This document shows positions 1 to 9,480 of a stretch of DNA of 24,557 nucleotides, one piece after another (position 1 is the first letter of the stretch; every line of letters starts with the position of its first letter). The stretch spans positions 1 through 24,557 of the forward strand of contig JAYUUO010000266.1 in the NCBI GenBank assembly GCA_043754515.1, read 5' to 3'. The notes beneath the pieces were generated by a model. It searched no databases and was not told where the DNA came from. It saw only the letters and a program-made list of their open reading frames with translations. The position numbers were made by a program, and so were the translations under genes. The stretch comes from Armatimonadota bacterium (lineage in GTDB: Bacteria > Armatimonadota > Armatimonadia > Armatimonadales > Armatimonadaceae).

Positions 1-160
1 GGTTTTTACCGACTTGCGTGTCGCCTATGCTCTTGCGGAGTACGGTGACCGCCTCCTCCAGATCGCCGTCCGCTTCGGTGAGTGCTTTCTTACACTGCAT
101 CATGCCCGCGCCAGTCTTCTGGCGCAGTTCGTTAACCAGTGCCGCTGTGATTGTCGCCAT
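1..160 (-). CDS. tsf: Translation elongation factor Ts, 5' part (runs off window edge)
   Basis: Manual translation from ATG at 160 gives [43 protein letters not shown], the typical EF-Ts N-terminus. AGAAAGG SD lies upstream, and the gene follows rpsB as in the conserved rpsB-tsf operon. It is absent from the ORF track. Confidence 0.95.
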   Translation of the reverse strand, partial: MATITAALVNELRQKTGAGMMQCKKALTEADGDLEEAVTVLRKSIGDTQVGKN

Positions 161-244
161 GGTGAGAATGCCTTTCTGATCAAAAAATGGTTTGTATTTG
201 ACCGCCCGTGTGAGGGGCGTTTCTGTATCGCCGGTTCGTCCACG

Positions 245-285
245 CAAAGCAAAGGGCGCGCGCGAATAAAACGCGCCGCGCCCTT
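245..285 (-). terminator. GC-rich hairpin with short U-tract between rpsB and tsf (terminator/attenuator-like)
   Basis: Minus strand reads AAGGGCGCGGCGCGT-TTTATT-CGCGCGCGCCCTT followed by TGCTTT. Confidence 0.6.
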
Positions 286-328
286 ACGGTTCTACCTCAA
301 CCCGCCCGATTCCTGTACCAGGGGAGTT

Positions 329-1423
329 TTAGCCGGACTTGTGCGCGTTGGAGCCAGTGCTACCCACGTTCAAGCCGCTCCCGATTGACACCGAGCCGGG
401 GTCGTTGCCCGTCTCGCGGGCGATGATCTGCGTGGCTTCCGCTGCGCCGACGTTCACGTCGCCTGTGCCCTGCGCGGCTGTGCTGTCTTGCAGATCTGAC
501 AGGCGAGACTCGGCGTTCGCGACAATCGCCTGCGGATTCGAGGCGGCGAAGAGTGCCTCCTCTTCCTTCAGAGCGGCTTCCTTCAAACGTCCTTCCTCGT
601 CGTAGTCGAAGTTCAGCCCGCGCGAGTCAATCTCCATCTGGCGGCGGCGGTCTTCCGGCGAACGCGGCGCGGCGGCGGCTTCGTCATCGGTCATCAGCGA
701 TGCGGGCAGTTCCGGCGCGCCGAGGCCCTGCTCGTCCCACTCATGTTGCTTGACTTCCACGATGGCTTCCGCGATCTTGCCCGCGATCAGTTTGATCGCG
801 CGGATCGCGTCGTCATTGCCGGGAATCACGTAGTCCACTTCGTCCGGGTCGCAGTTCGTGTCTACGATCGCGACGATCGGGATGCCGAGGGAACGCGCTT
901 CCTTGATCGCGAGGTGCTCCTTCTTCGTGTCTACCACGAAGAGACACGCGGGAAGGCGCGGCATTTCTTTGATCCCGCCCAGGACCCGCTCCAGCTTGTC
1001 CTTCTCCTCGGTCAGAAGAGCGGCTTCCTTTTTGGTGAGCTTGAGGAAAATGCCTTCGCGCTCCATCTGCTCGAGTTCGCGCAACCGGGTGATACGCAGC
1101 TGAATCGTGCGGAAGTTGGTCAGCATCCCGCCGAGCCAGCGCGATGCGACGAAATACTGGCGCGAGCGGATCGCGGCTTCCATAACGGCGTCGGACGCCT
1201 GTTTTTTGGTGCCGACGAACATGATGCTCCCACCGCCTGTCACGATGTCCTGGACGAACTTCGCCGCGTCCTCAAAAAGTTTGAGCGACTGGTGGAGGTC
1301 AATGATATAGATGCCGTTGCGCGAACCATAGATGTACCGTTTCATCTTGGGGTTCCAGCGGCGGGTCTGATGTCCGAAGTGAACGCCTGCTTCGAGCAGG
1401 TCCTTCATGGCGATAGTTGCCAT
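329..1423 (-). CDS. rpsB: 30S ribosomal protein S2 with long acidic C-terminal extension
   Basis: Motifs [29 protein letters not shown] and [23 protein letters not shown]. True start is probably ATG 1423 ([10 protein letters not shown]) with AAAGG upstream, not 1513. Confidence 0.98.
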   Translation of the reverse strand: MATIAMKDLLEAGVHFGHQTRRWNPKMKRYIYGSRNGIYIIDLHQSLKLFEDAAKFVQDIVTGGGSIMFVGTKKQASDAVMEAAIRSRQYFVASRWLGGMLTNFRTIQLRITRLRELEQMEREGIFLKLTKKEAALLTEEKDKLERVLGGIKEMPRLPACLFVVDTKKEHLAIKEARSLGIPIVAIVDTNCDPDEVDYVIPGNDDAIRAIKLIAGKIAEAIVEVKQHEWDEQGLGAPELPASLMTDDEAAAAPRSPEDRRRQMEIDSRGLNFDYDEEGRLKEAALKEEEALFAASNPQAIVANAESRLSDLQDSTAAQGTGDVNVGAAEATQIIARETGNDPGSVSIGSGLNVGSTGSNAHKSG

Positions 1424-1429
1424 AGTGAT

Positions 1430-1545
1430 ATGAAGCCTTTCCCGGTTTTGTCGGACGGGCATGTCGCCACGTCCCCTCCCCCGATTCGGGTCATGCCGCG
1501 TGAGTCGGCGCAACCGGGACGAACCGGGGTGTGTGGTGTATTCTG
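1430..1545 (-). ncRNA. Probable S2 (rpsB) autoregulatory leader RNA
   Basis: The 5' UTR has CACACAC followed by the stem CCCCGGUUCG...CGAAUCGGGG, similar in position and layout to known rpsB leaders. Confidence 0.55.
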
Positions 1546-1572
1546 TTTTTATCGCACACGCAAAACCTTCCC

Positions 1573-1601
1573 GTTATATCACGGTACCAGTTCGGTGGCA
1601 A
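1573..1601 (-). promoter_or_regulatory. Sigma70-type promoter of rpsB-tsf
   Basis: TTGCCA-17 nt-TATAAC with an extended -10 TG. Confidence 0.75.
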
Positions 1602-1718
1602 ATCCAACATGCTTTTGCCGATCAGTAACGTCGCTTTTTGGAGGGAATGTTCATGGTATAGTAGGAACAATAGCCCTCTATGTCAACCGGTTTATAGACC
1701 ACGAAAGACGAAGTCCTT

Positions 1719-3212
1719 ATGTACAATGTACTCGCTGTCATTTTGATCCATGCCCTTTTGTCATCAGTCGGCGATACACCCTTTGTCTTGAATAACTCCG
1801 TGACTGGCCCTACCGCGCCTGCTGACAGTATTCGTCTGGAAGCTCGTCAGGCAACATTGTCAGCGGGGGTAACACTCCGTGAGACGCCAGGAGCCACCGG
1901 TAAGGGATATGCGGGAGATTTCGTTCCCCAAGGCTCGAAAATTACCTGGACGATACCGAATGCACACGCGGGAATATACTCGGTTCGCATCCGGTACCAG
2001 GCACTGGGGGGGCAGAAAGGATACGACCTCGTTGTCAACGGTCATAAGTCCAGTAATATGTTCCCGGCGACGCAAAACTATTTCTCGGAAGTCTCGGGCG
2101 GGAAGGTCGAGTTGATGGACGGGGCGAATACTATCTCCATTGAGCGGGGCTGGGGTTATTTTCAGATAAATGTGGTCGAACTTTCGACTTCTCCTCCACA
2201 GTCGCCGCTTCGCCCCATTCCCGCGCAACTTTCCGATAAAAATGCGACACCGGCGACGCATGCCTTATTCGCCATGCTTCGCCGCGACTACGGCACTAAA
2301 ACTCTTTCCGGGCAGGCGGAGTTCGGTGACACAAGGTTTCTGGAAGACACTCTCGGATCTACCCCGGCAATTCAGGCGGGCGACTTCATTGAGTATTCAC
2401 CTACACGGCGACAACGTGGTTCCGATCCTCACAATGAGGTGGAAAACGTGATCGCGGCCGCGAAGCGTGGGCAAATCGCTTCCATGCTCTGGCACTGGAA
2501 CGCGCCGAGCGGTATCCTGGACGCTCCTTATACTGACAAAGCAGGTAAAAAGGTAGACGCACACTGGTACTTCGGCTTCTATACGCACTCGACTACTTTC
2601 GATCTGGCGAAGGCGATGAGCGAACCGAAATCACCGGAGTATGCTCAACTTGTGAGCGATATAGACGTGATCGCCACACAAATGAAAAAGTTCAGCGACG
2701 CGGGCGTGCCGATACTGTTTCGTCCCCTCCACGAGGCAGAGGGCGGCTGGTTCTGGTGGGGTGCGAAAGGCCCCGAGCCCTGCAAGAAACTGTGGCGACT
2801 ACTTCATGAACGGTTGACGAAGACGCACGGGTTGCACAATCTGATCTGGGTCTACAGTTCCGGTACAGACCCGAAATGGTATCCGGGGGATGATGTGGTA
2901 GACATCGTGGCGGTAGATCAGTACCCGACCGATGTAAGTGACCCGCTCGTTTCGGTCTGGGAAACGCTTCTCGCGCAATACGATGGGCGCAAAATGCTCG
3001 CGCTCACGGAGTTCGGCGGGGTCCCGGACATCGCGCGAATGCGTCGTTTCGGCGTGCGCTGGAGCTATTTCGCATCCTGGCAAGGTAACGATCTTGGGCC
3101 GAGGCGACACGCCCTGCCCGAACTGAAACGCCTTTACACTGCGTCAGGGATCGTGACACTCAAGGACCTACCGGCGTCACAGACCGGTCATGTCCACTCG
3201 CGGCCCTGGTAA
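1719..3212 (+). CDS. Secreted GH26 beta-mannanase with N-terminal CBM35/CBM6-like module
   Basis: Signal-like N-terminus, a CBM-like region (LEA...GYAGDF...GWGYFQI), and GH26 motifs WHWNAP, RPLHEAEGGWFWWG (acid/base Glu), WYPGDDVVDI and ALTEFG (nucleophile). Confidence 0.92.
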   Translation: MYNVLAVILIHALLSSVGDTPFVLNNSVTGPTAPADSIRLEARQATLSAGVTLRETPGATGKGYAGDFVPQGSKITWTIPNAHAGIYSVRIRYQALGGQKGYDLVVNGHKSSNMFPATQNYFSEVSGGKVELMDGANTISIERGWGYFQINVVELSTSPPQSPLRPIPAQLSDKNATPATHALFAMLRRDYGTKTLSGQAEFGDTRFLEDTLGSTPAIQAGDFIEYSPTRRQRGSDPHNEVENVIAAAKRGQIASMLWHWNAPSGILDAPYTDKAGKKVDAHWYFGFYTHSTTFDLAKAMSEPKSPEYAQLVSDIDVIATQMKKFSDAGVPILFRPLHEAEGGWFWWGAKGPEPCKKLWRLLHERLTKTHGLHNLIWVYSSGTDPKWYPGDDVVDIVAVDQYPTDVSDPLVSVWETLLAQYDGRKMLALTEFGGVPDIARMRRFGVRWSYFASWQGNDLGPRRHALPELKRLYTASGIVTLKDLPASQTGHVHSRPW

Positions 3213-3295
3213 TCATCGCACGCCTCCGGAGGACCCTATTGCTCGCTTAGGCCGACAGTTATCGCTTAGTTACGGCCTGTACAGTCGTCTACACT

Positions 3296-4696
3296 ATGAC
3301 ATCCGACTCCCCCACGAAACAAAGCCGCTTCGCCCGCTACCGGCTCCTCGCGACGCTGGTGCTATACGTCGCCGTGCAGATCCTCTGGGTACGGGCGACC
3401 CCGACCCAGTCCATTTACCTACCGGATAATCTGCCGACGTACCTCGCGACGGATTTTTCGCTGGTTGTCGGCCTCGGTCCAGACGAGAAAGAGCACTACC
3501 TCTACGTTCTGTCCCTCGCGGATAACGGCCGGCTCCCGAAGCCCTCTCCCGCGTTCCGCGCGTCGCCGGACGATTACGTTTCGTATCAAGCCCAACATCC
3601 GCCGCTCTTTTACGCCCTGAGTGCTGTGATTTACAAGGCGGCGCATCCCCTTGTCGGCGACATAAAGATCTGGTATCTCCTGCGCGGGTTTTGCGTCCTC
3701 TGCGGGCTGGGAGTCATCGTGCTGACTGATCGAGCGGCGAAAACTGCCTTCCCCGACCGCCCTCTGGTCGCGCTGGGCACCGCGCCGTTCGTTGCGTTTT
3801 TGCCGATGTTCGGGCACATGACCGGTAATTTCTCGAACGAGCCGCTGGCGATGCTATTCGGCGCGGCGGTGTGGCTCCAGTCGGTGCGGCTCTTGCGCCG
3901 CAGCACGCCGCCTACTATTCGGGAGGCGTTACTTCTCGGCCTCACGCTCGCCCTCGCCTGTCTGACTCGCCTCACCGCGCTGTTATGGCTCCCCGTGGTC
4001 AGCATCGCGCTACTGCGAAGGGGGCGGGTCGCGCTCCCGGCGGCACTCGCGGGGTTCGCGCTGTTCGCGCTTCTTCTCGCGCCCTGGTTTGCCTACAATC
4101 AGGTCGCTTACGGGCACGCGTTTTTGCGCACTTTTGATCGCCCGCTTCTGGCGCGAGGACCCATCTCAGACTTCTTCGGGCGCGGCCTGGTACCCGCCGA
4201 GTTTCCCGTGCCGATCAATTCTACCCAGTCACTCCTCTGGTACGCCGGAACCGCCTGGCTCCCGTTCTGGCTGACGCAGTTTTATATGCCCGATTTACGG
4301 CCCATTTTTCTGCTCCTCGACGCGGGCGCGGTGATTCTGCTCGTGCTGAACGTCAGCAAACTGACGCGCGATGGCGTGCCCGACGCGTCTGGCAAAGCGA
4401 TTGTCGGCGCGGCGTTCGCCGCAACCCTGTTCTGCTTCGCCGCGCTGATCCAACAGGAATTATTCGCCGACTGGAATGTCGTGCTGTCCGCGGGCCGCTA
4501 CCTGGTCGCCGCCGCGCCCGCGACGGGGCTTTTATTCCTGCTCGCCCTTTCCACACTCCGCCCGCTGAACCGCCCGGTGGTCGCGGCTCTGGTCGCGGCG
4601 GTGATGCTCGCCTTCGACGTGTACGCCGCGAACACGGTACGGCAGTTCTACGGGGATCATCCGACGCAAGCCGAAATCCAGCCGATAACGAAATAG
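3296..4696 (+). CDS. Multi-pass membrane glycosyltransferase (GT-C, ArnT/GT39/DUF2142-like)
   Basis: PDEKEH and QHPPLFY loop motifs, SNEPLA, GRY and many hydrophobic helices. Confidence 0.8.
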   Translation: MTSDSPTKQSRFARYRLLATLVLYVAVQILWVRATPTQSIYLPDNLPTYLATDFSLVVGLGPDEKEHYLYVLSLADNGRLPKPSPAFRASPDDYVSYQAQHPPLFYALSAVIYKAAHPLVGDIKIWYLLRGFCVLCGLGVIVLTDRAAKTAFPDRPLVALGTAPFVAFLPMFGHMTGNFSNEPLAMLFGAAVWLQSVRLLRRSTPPTIREALLLGLTLALACLTRLTALLWLPVVSIALLRRGRVALPAALAGFALFALLLAPWFAYNQVAYGHAFLRTFDRPLLARGPISDFFGRGLVPAEFPVPINSTQSLLWYAGTAWLPFWLTQFYMPDLRPIFLLLDAGAVILLVLNVSKLTRDGVPDASGKAIVGAAFAATLFCFAALIQQELFADWNVVLSAGRYLVAAAPATGLLFLLALSTLRPLNRPVVAALVAAVMLAFDVYAANTVRQFYGDHPTQAEIQPITK

Positions 4697-4734
4697 GTTC
4701 GCCATCGGCTGGTCGTGCCATTACCCTGCGGGTG

Positions 4735-6174
4735 CTAAGGAGTAGCGGCGTTCACCGATACCGCGTGCCGGATCGTGCCGACGCCGGGGCAACCCAGCGT
4801 GAACGTCCCTTCCACCGTCTGGGAAGTCCCGGCGGGGACCGTAACCGTGTAGTACGGGAAGATCGCGGAGCGCACCACCGTCTGTTGCCACGCGCCGCTG
4901 ACGTCCCTGTAAGCGATCGGACTGCCACTCCCGGACGAGTTGTTCAGCGTCAATTTGAAAACGCGGCTCGCCGCGCCGTTGTTAATGAGCGTCACCACGT
5001 CCCGGTAGATGATTCCCCAGTTGCCAATGTTTCCTTGCCTAAACGGTGTGTTCGGCGCGACGGTCGGCGCGAGCGCGAACACGCGCCCGAATCCAGGCAT
5101 AGCGATGTCGAACATGTCACCGCCGACGACCTTGATCGTGCCGGTATCGCGTAGGGGCGTGTTGTGGGTGTACCAGCCGGTGCCGGAAACCGTGGCGGTC
5201 GCCGATGGCCCGTACACACCCGTGCTCGGGTCGGCGACGTACTGCGCGTACGTGACCGGCAGTTCCCCAGCGACCGTCGTGTCATCCACGGCAAACGTCA
5301 GGTTTGTCACCACCCCCGCGCCAACTCCTGGCGTGTTCGGGTAGGACATCAAGCCCTTGTAGACTCGCGATTCCGGCGCGGCGGCGGCGGAGTACCGGCG
5401 CGTCACGAACCCCATATCGGCGATCTGCGCGAGCCGCGCATAGTAGTCAGCGACGGTGTAGAGGTTACAGTACCGCTTCCCAGTCACGGCAGGCAGGCTC
5501 TGGTAAGCAATGTTGGTCACCTCGCACGTACCGCCGCTGACGTCAAAATCCACGACTCCGCTGAAGAAGTTTCCCGGATTCACCGGGCGGGTGCCGCCGA
5601 AGTCCACGTCGCTGCGCAGTAGCCATATGAGCCGCCCGGGGCCCACTTCGTAAGTTTGCGCGTCGGAGCTGTTGAACACATCAATGAGAGGTTGTCCTCC
5701 CGCAGTCCCGACGGTGAATCCCTTGCCATAGAGCGTCACGAAGAGCGGATCCGTGTTCGGATTGCGGAGCAGAACCGCATAGCTGATAGACTTCGTCGCA
5801 CTCGCCGGGGTGGTCGCGCGGGTCAGATTGTACACGTGCTCGAACAGGTCGCGGTAGTTGCCGGGGTCGAGCATGATCCGTTGAATCGCTTTCTGTCCCA
5901 GGGTCAGGTCCGCTAGATCGTTGTAGGTAGTCCCAAAGTCTACCGAACCCGCTACCGCGTCGGTATAGCCAAGTTCTAATCTCTCGGGGTTGTTGACGAA
6001 GATCAACTGGCGGCTGTTGCCGGGATCCGGGCTGTAGGAAACAAATGGTGACGGGCCTGACTGTGCCCTCGCGGGTAGTGAGTTGCCAGCAACTAGGAGG
6101 GACAAAAACAGGAAGAGCGCGGGAACCGTTCCGGAAATAAACGGAGTTCGGGCAGATGCGGGAGAGAAACTCAA
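4735..6174 (-). CDS. Secreted hypothetical protein, DUF3370-like motifs
   Basis: 479-aa ORF with a signal peptide ending ARA-Q. LIFVNNPE near the N-terminus and GNWGIIY near the C-terminus resemble the S-N-S-P-E and GNYGV-x-Y motifs of that group. TTG start with AAAGGA upstream. Confidence 0.6.
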   Translation of the reverse strand: MSFSPASARTPFISGTVPALFLFLSLLVAGNSLPARAQSGPSPFVSYSPDPGNSRQLIFVNNPERLELGYTDAVAGSVDFGTTYNDLADLTLGQKAIQRIMLDPGNYRDLFEHVYNLTRATTPASATKSISYAVLLRNPNTDPLFVTLYGKGFTVGTAGGQPLIDVFNSSDAQTYEVGPGRLIWLLRSDVDFGGTRPVNPGNFFSGVVDFDVSGGTCEVTNIAYQSLPAVTGKRYCNLYTVADYYARLAQIADMGFVTRRYSAAAAPESRVYKGLMSYPNTPGVGAGVVTNLTFAVDDTTVAGELPVTYAQYVADPSTGVYGPSATATVSGTGWYTHNTPLRDTGTIKVVGGDMFDIAMPGFGRVFALAPTVAPNTPFRQGNIGNWGIIYRDVVTLINNGAASRVFKLTLNNSSGSGSPIAYRDVSGAWQQTVVRSAIFPYYTVTVPAGTSQTVEGTFTLGCPGVGTIRHAVSVNAATP

Positions 6175-6311
6175 TGGTTGGAAATCCTTTCGGCGAATAG
6201 CCTACGACATGCACCCTATAATATCGGTATATTAGGACTTTTTCGTGATAGCAACTGGTAGGGACGAGATACCAGTTTCGCCGGAACCGACCAAACCCGT
6301 TTTTTTCGCGG

Positions 6312-6317
6312 TACAAT
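6312..6317 (+). promoter_or_regulatory. -10 element directly upstream of redoxin start (leaderless-type)
   Basis: TACAAT lies 8 nt before ATG 6326, with no SD. Confidence 0.5.
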
Positions 6318-6325
6318 GACATCAC

Positions 6326-6868
6326 ATGTCAGCGCAAGCCGCCAACGCTACCCCGTCGCCGCGCCACGTTGCCGCCGTGCCTAAAGCGTCGCCCCTGGTC
6401 GGCAAGACCGCGCCGCCCTTCGCGTTGCCGGATCCCGTGACCGGCGAATGCGTCACGCTCGACTCCTTGCTCGGCAAGGATGTACTGCTGATCTTTCTGC
6501 GCGGCACCTGGTGCCCATTTTGCGTTTACCAACTACAGGTACTCAAGGGCAACTTCGAGAAACTGCGGGCGGGCAACGTCGCCGTAGTCGCCATCGCATG
6601 CCAAAGCCAGATCACGGTGAAGTTGTTCCTCAAAGCCTTGCCGCTCCCGTACCTGCTCCTTTGCGACGGCTCCCGCACCGTCGCGAAAGCCTACGGGACG
6701 CACTATGTCTTCTCGCTTGAGGGTTTTAACCTGTCGCACCCCGCGCTGTTCATTCTCGACAAGACACAGACCGTTACCTTCGCGCACATCGGGCGCAACA
6801 TGTCCGATCTTCCCGTCTCCCAGATTCTGGAGAAGTTCGTCGCCCTTTTGGGAGACACGGGCGTCTAA
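6326..6868 (+). CDS. AhpC/TSA (peroxiredoxin-like) redoxin family protein
   Basis: Motifs GKTAPPFALPD, FLRGTWCPFC (CxxC), VAKAYG and PALFILDK. Confidence 0.88.
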   Translation: MSAQAANATPSPRHVAAVPKASPLVGKTAPPFALPDPVTGECVTLDSLLGKDVLLIFLRGTWCPFCVYQLQVLKGNFEKLRAGNVAVVAIACQSQITVKLFLKALPLPYLLLCDGSRTVAKAYGTHYVFSLEGFNLSHPALFILDKTQTVTFAHIGRNMSDLPVSQILEKFVALLGDTGV

Positions 6869-6871
6869 ATC

Positions 6872-7714
6872 ATGGCGAAGGGGGCGACACGGGACTGGGC
6901 GCAACTCGAAGCGTTCGAGGAAGAATACACACAGCGGCTGAACGACGAGAAGGAGTGGGACGAGAAGCGTTCGCAGTACCTGACGTTTCTACGACTACTG
7001 GCGTCGGGCGTGGACGATTTCTATACAGAGGAGACGAAAAGCCGGGACGATGATACGCGCCGACTCTTCGCCTTGCGCGGGAAGATCCTCTCGCTTCGTG
7101 ACAGGGTGGGCGTCATGGCGGACGCCGACGGCATTCTGCCCGCCGAACGTTCTTACGTTGCCAGGGTCACCCCGAAGCCCGCCGACTCCACGAAGACGGC
7201 GAAGGTACGGATGTTCACCGATGTCCCGCCCCCGAACCATTTGTACCCGGTCACCTTCGCCGATGTCCGCGAGACCCTCGCCACTCTCCCCCTGGAACAC
7301 GCCGCCGTGGTGCGCGAGGTCCGGCTGTCCAACCAGAAGCGCACCGGCTCGGACGCCGACTGGCTTGAGGGCGAGATCCGCCTGCATTGCCTGCTAGAAG
7401 CGGTGAAAGACGACGCCGGAAATAGCACGATGGGGCGGCGACTGGTCGGGCGGCGCGAGGACAGCATGGACACCGAGCGGTTCGGTGGCAAATTCGTCTG
7501 GGACGGCAACAAACTATACGCCGTTTGGGCACTAGACGTCTACCGGGCCTTCGTGCTCAAACGCGCGCTGATTCATGAGGTCGCGCACGGCATCGCCGAA
7601 CTGCCCGGCTACGCGGCGCAGGTGCGCTCGGTCGGGAGCGTGGAAAAGTTCTGCGAGCGGTACGCCGAGAACTACTATCGCCCGGCGGGGAAGTCCGTGC
7701 GCCTCGGCTTCTGA
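6872..7714 (+). CDS. Hypothetical protein with C-terminal zincin-like HEXXH motif
   Basis: 280-aa ORF 3 nt after the redoxin stop. LIHEVAHG is followed by E-KFCERYA, a typical third-ligand helix. Confidence 0.7.
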   Translation: MAKGATRDWAQLEAFEEEYTQRLNDEKEWDEKRSQYLTFLRLLASGVDDFYTEETKSRDDDTRRLFALRGKILSLRDRVGVMADADGILPAERSYVARVTPKPADSTKTAKVRMFTDVPPPNHLYPVTFADVRETLATLPLEHAAVVREVRLSNQKRTGSDADWLEGEIRLHCLLEAVKDDAGNSTMGRRLVGRREDSMDTERFGGKFVWDGNKLYAVWALDVYRAFVLKRALIHEVAHGIAELPGYAAQVRSVGSVEKFCERYAENYYRPAGKSVRLGF

Positions 7715-8261
7715 TAGGTTCCCGTGAGGGCAAGAACATCCTCGACGAACTCGGTCTTCGCTTCGGAATAGGCGTCAACGTCCCCGAAAAATCGTCCGGC
7801 AAGTTCACGCTTCAGCACGGCGTAGTCTGCGGCGGCTTCGGGGTGCGTTCGCAGGTAGTCGCGGAGGGCGATATGACGACGTAGTTCCCGACTGCCTTTC
7901 GGACAAACATGCAGATGATGGCCCATCCAGTGGGACACCCCGAGCCATCGCGGGGGATGTCACTCCCTTGTCGGTTGAAAACCTCGCGATCCGGGACTTC
8001 GCGTTGCCCGATATGTTCATACCTGGAAGTCGCAAGGCTCACAACAACCTCAGGCGAAACCTCTAGCAAGTGAGTCACCACGTCAACATCCAGGATCGCC
8101 TTCGTCGGGAGACCCAGCACCGCCGTGCTCCCGGCGTGTTCAATGGCGACGGCGAGATCGCCCAGCGCGGCCTTCCAAACGTCCCGCAGAGCCACGAATT
8201 CCGTAGCCCATCCGGGATCGTGCGACGCCAGCGTGACCATGTGAACGCCGCCGCCGCTCAT
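7675..8261 (-). pseudogene. GrpB family (UPF0157) nucleotidyltransferase-like gene, frameshifted near 7930-7945
   Basis: The N-half (DPGWATEF, IEHAGSTAVLGLPTKAILDVDV) and C-half (HHLHVC, HIALRDYLRTHPE, YAVLKRELA, YSEAKTEFV) lie in different frames. Confidence 0.85.
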
Positions 8262-8272
8262 TTTGACCGCAA

Positions 8273-9319
8273 TTAGCCTTTCAACACTGACTCGATGAGC
8301 TCCAACTCGTCGGCAGCAAACGCGGTCTTTTCCGCAGCTTTGGCGTTCTCGATGACCTGTGCCGGGCGGCTCGCGCCGATCAGCGCGGAGGTGACTCGGG
8401 AGTCGCGTAGCACCCAGGAGAGTGCCATCTGCGCGAGGCTCTGGCCGCGATCCGCCGCGATAGTGTTCAGCTTCTTCAGCTTCTCCACCAACTCGGGCGT
8501 GACGGCGTTCTCGCCGAGCGCACCGCTCTCCTGTTTGGCGCGGGAGTCGGCCGGTATGCCGTTCAGGTACTTTCCCGTAAGCAAACCCTGCGCGAGCGGA
8601 CAGAACGCGATCACGCCCATGCCTGTCTCATCGGTCGCCGGGAGCAGGTCCGTCTCCACCCAGCGGCCCAGCATCGAGTATGAGGGCTGGTGGATGATCG
8701 GCGTCACGAACCCGTTCGCCGCGCAAATCGCCTTCACGTTCCGTGTCTGCTCGCCGTTGTAGGACGAGATGCCGACATAGAGTGCCTTGCCGTGCCGCAC
8801 CGCCGAATCGAGCGCGCCGAGCGTTTCTTCGAGCGGTGTGTTGGGGTCGAAGCGGTGCGAGTAGAAAATGTCTACGTAGGGGATTTGCAACCGCGTCAGC
8901 GACTGGTCGAGCGACGCGAGCAGGTACTTGCGGCTCCCCCACTCGCCGTAGGGTCCGGGCCACATCCCGTATCCGGCCTTCGATGAGATGATCAACTCAT
9001 CGCGGTAACTCTTGAAGTTATCGCGCAGGATGCGCCCGACGCGAGTTTCCGCCGCGCCCGGCACGGGGCCATAGTTGTTCGCGAGGTCGAAGTGCGTGAT
9101 GCCGTTGTCGAACGCCGTAAACAGCATCGCCTTCGCGTTCTCATGCAGGGCGGACTCGGCGTCGTGGTGGCCCGCGTCGGTGCCGGGGTCGCCGAAATTA
9201 TGCCAACACCCAATGGAGATGGCGGGCAGGAGTAGCCCGGATCGCCCGCACCGGCGGAACCAGCCCGGTGAGTTGTTGTAACGCCCGTCGGCGGGCTTGT
9301 AGTCAGTCGTTTCATTCAT
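8273..9319 (-). CDS. Aldo/keto reductase, YghZ/MgrA (L-glyceraldehyde-3-phosphate reductase) type
   Basis: Motifs RRCGRSGLLLPAIS, GITHFDLANNYGP, SSKAGYGMWPGPYGEWGSRKYL and PLAQGLLT. Start is probably ATG 9319 (MNETT). Confidence 0.93.
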   Translation of the reverse strand: MNETTDYKPADGRYNNSPGWFRRCGRSGLLLPAISIGCWHNFGDPGTDAGHHDAESALHENAKAMLFTAFDNGITHFDLANNYGPVPGAAETRVGRILRDNFKSYRDELIISSKAGYGMWPGPYGEWGSRKYLLASLDQSLTRLQIPYVDIFYSHRFDPNTPLEETLGALDSAVRHGKALYVGISSYNGEQTRNVKAICAANGFVTPIIHQPSYSMLGRWVETDLLPATDETGMGVIAFCPLAQGLLTGKYLNGIPADSRAKQESGALGENAVTPELVEKLKKLNTIAADRGQSLAQMALSWVLRDSRVTSALIGASRPAQVIENAKAAEKTAFAADELELIESVLKG

Positions 9320-9325
9320 AGTGAT

Positions 9326-9354
9326 AGGATAAAACATGTTGCCGCGTGTGTCAA
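9326..9354 (-). promoter_or_regulatory. Sigma70 promoter giving a leaderless AKR mRNA
   Basis: TTGACA-17 nt-TATCCT-6 nt-ATG(9319). Confidence 0.75.
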
Positions 9355-9480
9355 GCAACGGTACCAGGGCGATTGCATCATAGACGGGTTTTTGCTGGTC
9401 AGGTGTATGCTCGCGGCGGAACGCTTCCAGCGGAGCAATTCATTGCCCGCTCCCCCGACAGGAACGACGTGTGGCGTCCT

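Noticed and set aside
743..1795. Long antisense ORFs (e.g. 743-1795, 9986-10816, 20116-20730, 21693-22325)
   Set aside because: They are shadows of real genes on the opposite strand, expected in high-GC DNA, and carry no motifs.
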